A stretch of DNA of 64,000 nt, from NCBI GenBank assembly GCA_963765815.1, contig CAVXXT010000008.1, forward strand, positions 178,666 to 242,665, read 5' to 3'. Both the position numbers and the translations under genes were made by a program. Shown piece by piece: positions 61,545 through 64,000 of the stretch. The DNA is from an uncultured Actinomycetota bacterium. Lineage in GTDB: Bacteria; Actinomycetota; Actinomycetes; BP-191. How positions within the stretch are numbered: position 1 is the first letter of the stretch; each line of letters opens with the position of its first letter. The notes under the pieces were generated by a model. That model made no database searches. It was not told the DNA's origin and saw only the letters and a program-made list of their open reading frames with translations.

Positions 61545-62692
61545 GCCGCGGCTTCGTAGACGCCGGCGACGGTCTCGTAGCTGCGCTGCCAGGTCAGCCC
61601 GAGCGCGCGCTCGCGCACCGCGGCGCCGAGGTGCGCGCGCAGGTCGGGCTCGGCGACCAGCCGGTCGATCGCTGCCGCGATGGACGCCGGGGCCCGGTCG
61701 ACGATCAGCCCGGTCTCCCCGTCGGCCACCACGTCGGTCGCGCCGTTGACCGCCGTCGCGACGATCGCCAGGCCCGCGGCCGCCGCCTCCAGCACCACCA
61801 GCGGCGCGGCTTCGTAGCGGCTCGGCAGCGCGAAGACGTCGGCCGCCGCGTAGAAGGCCGGGGTGTCGTCGCGCCGGCCGAAGCAGCGCACCCGATCGGC
61901 GACGCCCAGCTGCGCGGCCTGCCGCTCGACCTCGCTCTGGTCGCCTCCGCCGACGACCCACAGCCGCGCCGCCGGCGTGCTGGTCCGCGCGAGCGCGGCC
62001 ACCAGCTCGGGCACCCCCTTGCGCAGCCAGTCGCCGCCGACGAAGAGCACCACCACGTCGTCGTCGCCCACCTGCTCGGCCGCGCGCAACGCGCGGCGCG
62101 CCTCGGGGTCCGGGGCGAAGCGAGCGGCGTCGACGCCGTTGGGCGTCACCACGACGGGCACGTCGGGGTAGTGCCGCTGCAGCTCGTCCGCGATGCCGCC
62201 GGACACCGCGGCGAGCGTCCCGAGCCGTCGCGGCCGGTAGCACCACCGCTCGGCGAGGATCGACAGCACGCGAGTGATCGCGGTGTTGAGCCCGCGGGCG
62301 TCGACCCGCCGTCGGTCGGCGCGCTCCACCTCGGCGTACGCCGCGTGGCAGAAGTGGACGCTCGCGACGTCGACGCGGTTCGGCACGATCGCGCCGCAGG
62401 TGTGCCGGATCTCCGCGCGCACCCGCCGCAGCCGCACTCCGGCGACGACGAAGAAGAGCACGAAGCGCAGCGGGAACGGCCGGCTCGGCACCCGGACCCT
62501 GTGCCACTCGACGAGCGGTCGGAGCTCGGGCGCGAGCGTCGCGGAGACGACCACCCACTGCCACCGCTCGGCACCGGCGCGCAGCAGCTGCGCGGTGACC
62601 TTCTCCATGCCGCCGCCGTCGTGCACGTCGTGCGCGACCACGACGACCCGCCGCCGGGCGAGCGGCTCGGTGTCGTGCGCAGCGGAGTGCAC
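61541..62692 (-). CDS. Family 4 glycosyltransferase
   Basis: GTG 62692 (frame-checked; GAGGAG upstream). ...VVVVAHDVHDGGGMEKV...LFVGGDWLRKG...ALPSRYEAAPLVVLEAAAAGLAIV. Confidence 0.8.
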   Translation of the reverse strand: MHSAAHDTEPLARRRVVVVAHDVHDGGGMEKVTAQLLRAGAERWQWVVVSATLAPELRPLVEWHRVRVPSRPFPLRFVLFFVVAGVRLRRVRAEIRHTCGAIVPNRVDVASVHFCHAAYAEVERADRRRVDARGLNTAITRVLSILAERWCYRPRRLGTLAAVSGGIADELQRHYPDVPVVVTPNGVDAARFAPDPEARRALRAAEQVGDDDVVVLFVGGDWLRKGVPELVAALARTSTPAARLWVVGGGDQSEVERQAAQLGVADRVRCFGRRDDTPAFYAAADVFALPSRYEAAPLVVLEAAAAGLAIVATAVNGATDVVADGETGLIVDRAPASIAAAIDRLVAEPDLRAHLGAAVRERALGLTWQRSYETVAGVYEAAA

Positions 62693-62788
62693 GTGGAGGT
62701 CACTCCTCGTCGTCGCGGGACGTCGATCGTACGTCGGCGGCCGAGGTCGCCCATGCCATGATGTCAGCACCGCCAGCACGGGAGGGCC

Positions 62789-64000
62789 GTGTCCACTGCA
62801 CCGCCCGACGCCCCCCGTCGTGGCCGCGCCGTCGGGCACCTCGCGCTCCTCAACGCGGGCATCGCCGCGTCCGGCCTGATCACCGGCCCCTTGCTCGCCC
62901 GTGGCCTCGGCGCGCGTGGCCGCGGCGACCTGGCCGCGATCGTCGTCATCCTCTCGGTCGTCGCCCTGGCGACCGAGTTCGGCCTGCCGAGCTTCGTGTC
63001 CCGTGAGGCCGCGCGCGGCACCCCGCTGCGGCTGCTCGCCGGCTCCATCGGGCCCCTGCTGCTGGCGAGCGGGCTCGCGGTGGGACTGGTGGGGATCGTC
63101 CTGGCCGATCGGCTCGCGTCGGGCGACCACGAGCAGGTGGTGCGCCTGTGGCTGCAGGTCGGCCTGGCGATCCTGCCGGTGTCGATGCTGGTCGCGATGC
63201 TCGGCGCGACCGCTCGAGGTCTCGAGGACTGGTCCCGGTTCATCCGCTACCGCCTCGTCTCACCGGTGCTGTACGTCGTCGTCGTGGTCGCCCTCGCGCT
63301 CACCGACCGGATCACCGTCGGCCGGGTCGCCGCGCTGCTGACGGTCACCGCCGTCATCTCCGCGCTGCCGCTCTTCGCGATCGTCCGCGAGTCGCTGCCG
63401 CCGACGTTCGACCGCACGGTCGCGCGGGCCGGCGTCGCGTTCGGCGCGCGCAACTGGTTCGGCACCCTGAGCAGCATCGCCAACCAGCGGCTCGACCAGG
63501 TGCTGATGGTCCACCTGGTGAGCCGACCCGACCTCGGCCGGTACGCCGCCGTGGTCGCGATCTCGGTCGCTCCCGGCGCGCTCTCGGGCGCGCTCGGCAC
63601 GACGGTGCTGCCGCGGGCCGCGCGCGGCGACGCCGGCGCCGTGGCGATGTCGCTGCGCGCCGTCGTCGCGGTGTGCGGCGCGGCCGCTCTCGTCCTCGGC
63701 CTGCTCGCCGAGCCGATCGTGCGGATCCTGCTCGGCGCGGACTTCGCCGCGGCCATCCCCATCCTGCGGGTGCTGCTCGTCGCCGTCGTCCCGCTCGCCA
63801 CCACCCACCTGCTTCAGCAGAGCCTGATCGGCGCAGGCCATCCGGCCGAGGCGTCGTGGGCGGAAGCCCTCGCGCTGGTCATCACCGTGCCCAGCCTCCT
63901 GGTCACCCTGCCGCGCTACGGCGCGATCGCGGCTGCGTGGGTGAGCCTCGCGGCGTACACGGCGTCGCTGGCCTACCTGCTGGTCATCGCACGGCGCGTG
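62789..64000 (+). CDS. Wzx-like polysaccharide flippase (MOP superfamily), 3' end beyond window
   Basis: The frame opens after TGA 62759-61. GTG 62789 follows GGGAGGG. Translation ...LLNAGIAASGLITGPLLARGLGARGRGDLAAIVV...FGARNWFGTLSSIANQRLDQVLMV... is polytopic. It is absent from the track because it runs off the edge. Confidence 0.6.
   Translation, partial: MSTAPPDAPRRGRAVGHLALLNAGIAASGLITGPLLARGLGARGRGDLAAIVVILSVVALATEFGLPSFVSREAARGTPLRLLAGSIGPLLLASGLAVGLVGIVLADRLASGDHEQVVRLWLQVGLAILPVSMLVAMLGATARGLEDWSRFIRYRLVSPVLYVVVVVALALTDRITVGRVAALLTVTAVISALPLFAIVRESLPPTFDRTVARAGVAFGARNWFGTLSSIANQRLDQVLMVHLVSRPDLGRYAAVVAISVAPGALSGALGTTVLPRAARGDAGAVAMSLRAVVAVCGAAALVLGLLAEPIVRILLGADFAAAIPILRVLLVAVVPLATTHLLQQSLIGAGHPAEASWAEALALVITVPSLLVTLPRYGAIAAAWVSLAAYTASLAYLLVIARRV

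Noticed and set aside
1-64000. CRISPR arrays, rRNA genes, transposases, integrases or prophage structural genes
   Set aside because: I saw no regularly spaced direct repeats with unique spacers, no rRNA-like conserved stretches, and no DDE, tyrosine- or serine-recombinase catalytic domains. Only a recombinase-like HTH fragment is present, at the end of the EAL gene. The DUF222-HNH gene is selfish-element-like but is not a transposase.

Overview
High-GC (about 70% by eye), actinobacterial-type chromosomal segment. All calls come from reading the six-frame track and the DNA by eye. No HMM or BLAST search was possible, so family names are motif-based recognitions and many start codons are best guesses. 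Starts were frame-checked against the ORF track where stated.

Layout, 1-23.5 kb: a mixed region containing
- an AraC-family fragment, a beta-propeller lipoprotein and tRNA-Ser(GCT)
- paaI plus paaABCDE
- a membrane SpoIIE/PP2C sensor and an S8 peptidase
- a DsrE-like gene, a DUF916-like plus WxL-like surface pair, and an acyl-CoA dehydrogenase
- a TasA/camelysin-like protein with a SipW-type signal peptidase
- a PAS-histidine kinase / receiver / REC-PAS-GGDEF-EAL cassette bracketed by two inverted AbiEi/DUF559-like genes

Six copies of a ~55-bp palindromic intergenic element occur only in this part.

Layout, 24-64 kb: one large envelope-polysaccharide locus. It holds DUF4012, two BY-tyrosine-kinases each paired with an Asp-box beta-propeller, a priming phosphoglycosyl transferase, GT2 and several GT4 genes, MurJ-like and Wzx-like flippases, two Wzy/O-antigen-ligase-like proteins, wecB/wecC, and split cysN / cysD / cysC. 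It is interrupted by a MazEF-like pair, a DUF222-HNH gene and an RHH/Doc pair.

Best candidate for an undescribed system: the minus-strand string at 28.6-33.0 kb. It comprises an NTP_transf_5-like nucleotidyltransferase, a MauE membrane domain fused to two thioredoxin domains, a Tat-signal protein with 20 Cys in four repeats, an HPr-kinase-like P-loop protein and a PqqD/RRE-like protein. There is no lasso cyclase, protease, radical SAM enzyme or short precursor. A second PqqD-like gene is translationally coupled to a propeller and DUF4012 nearby.

Several genes are frameshifted, very densely at 56.7-59 kb. This is either gene decay or assembly indel error.
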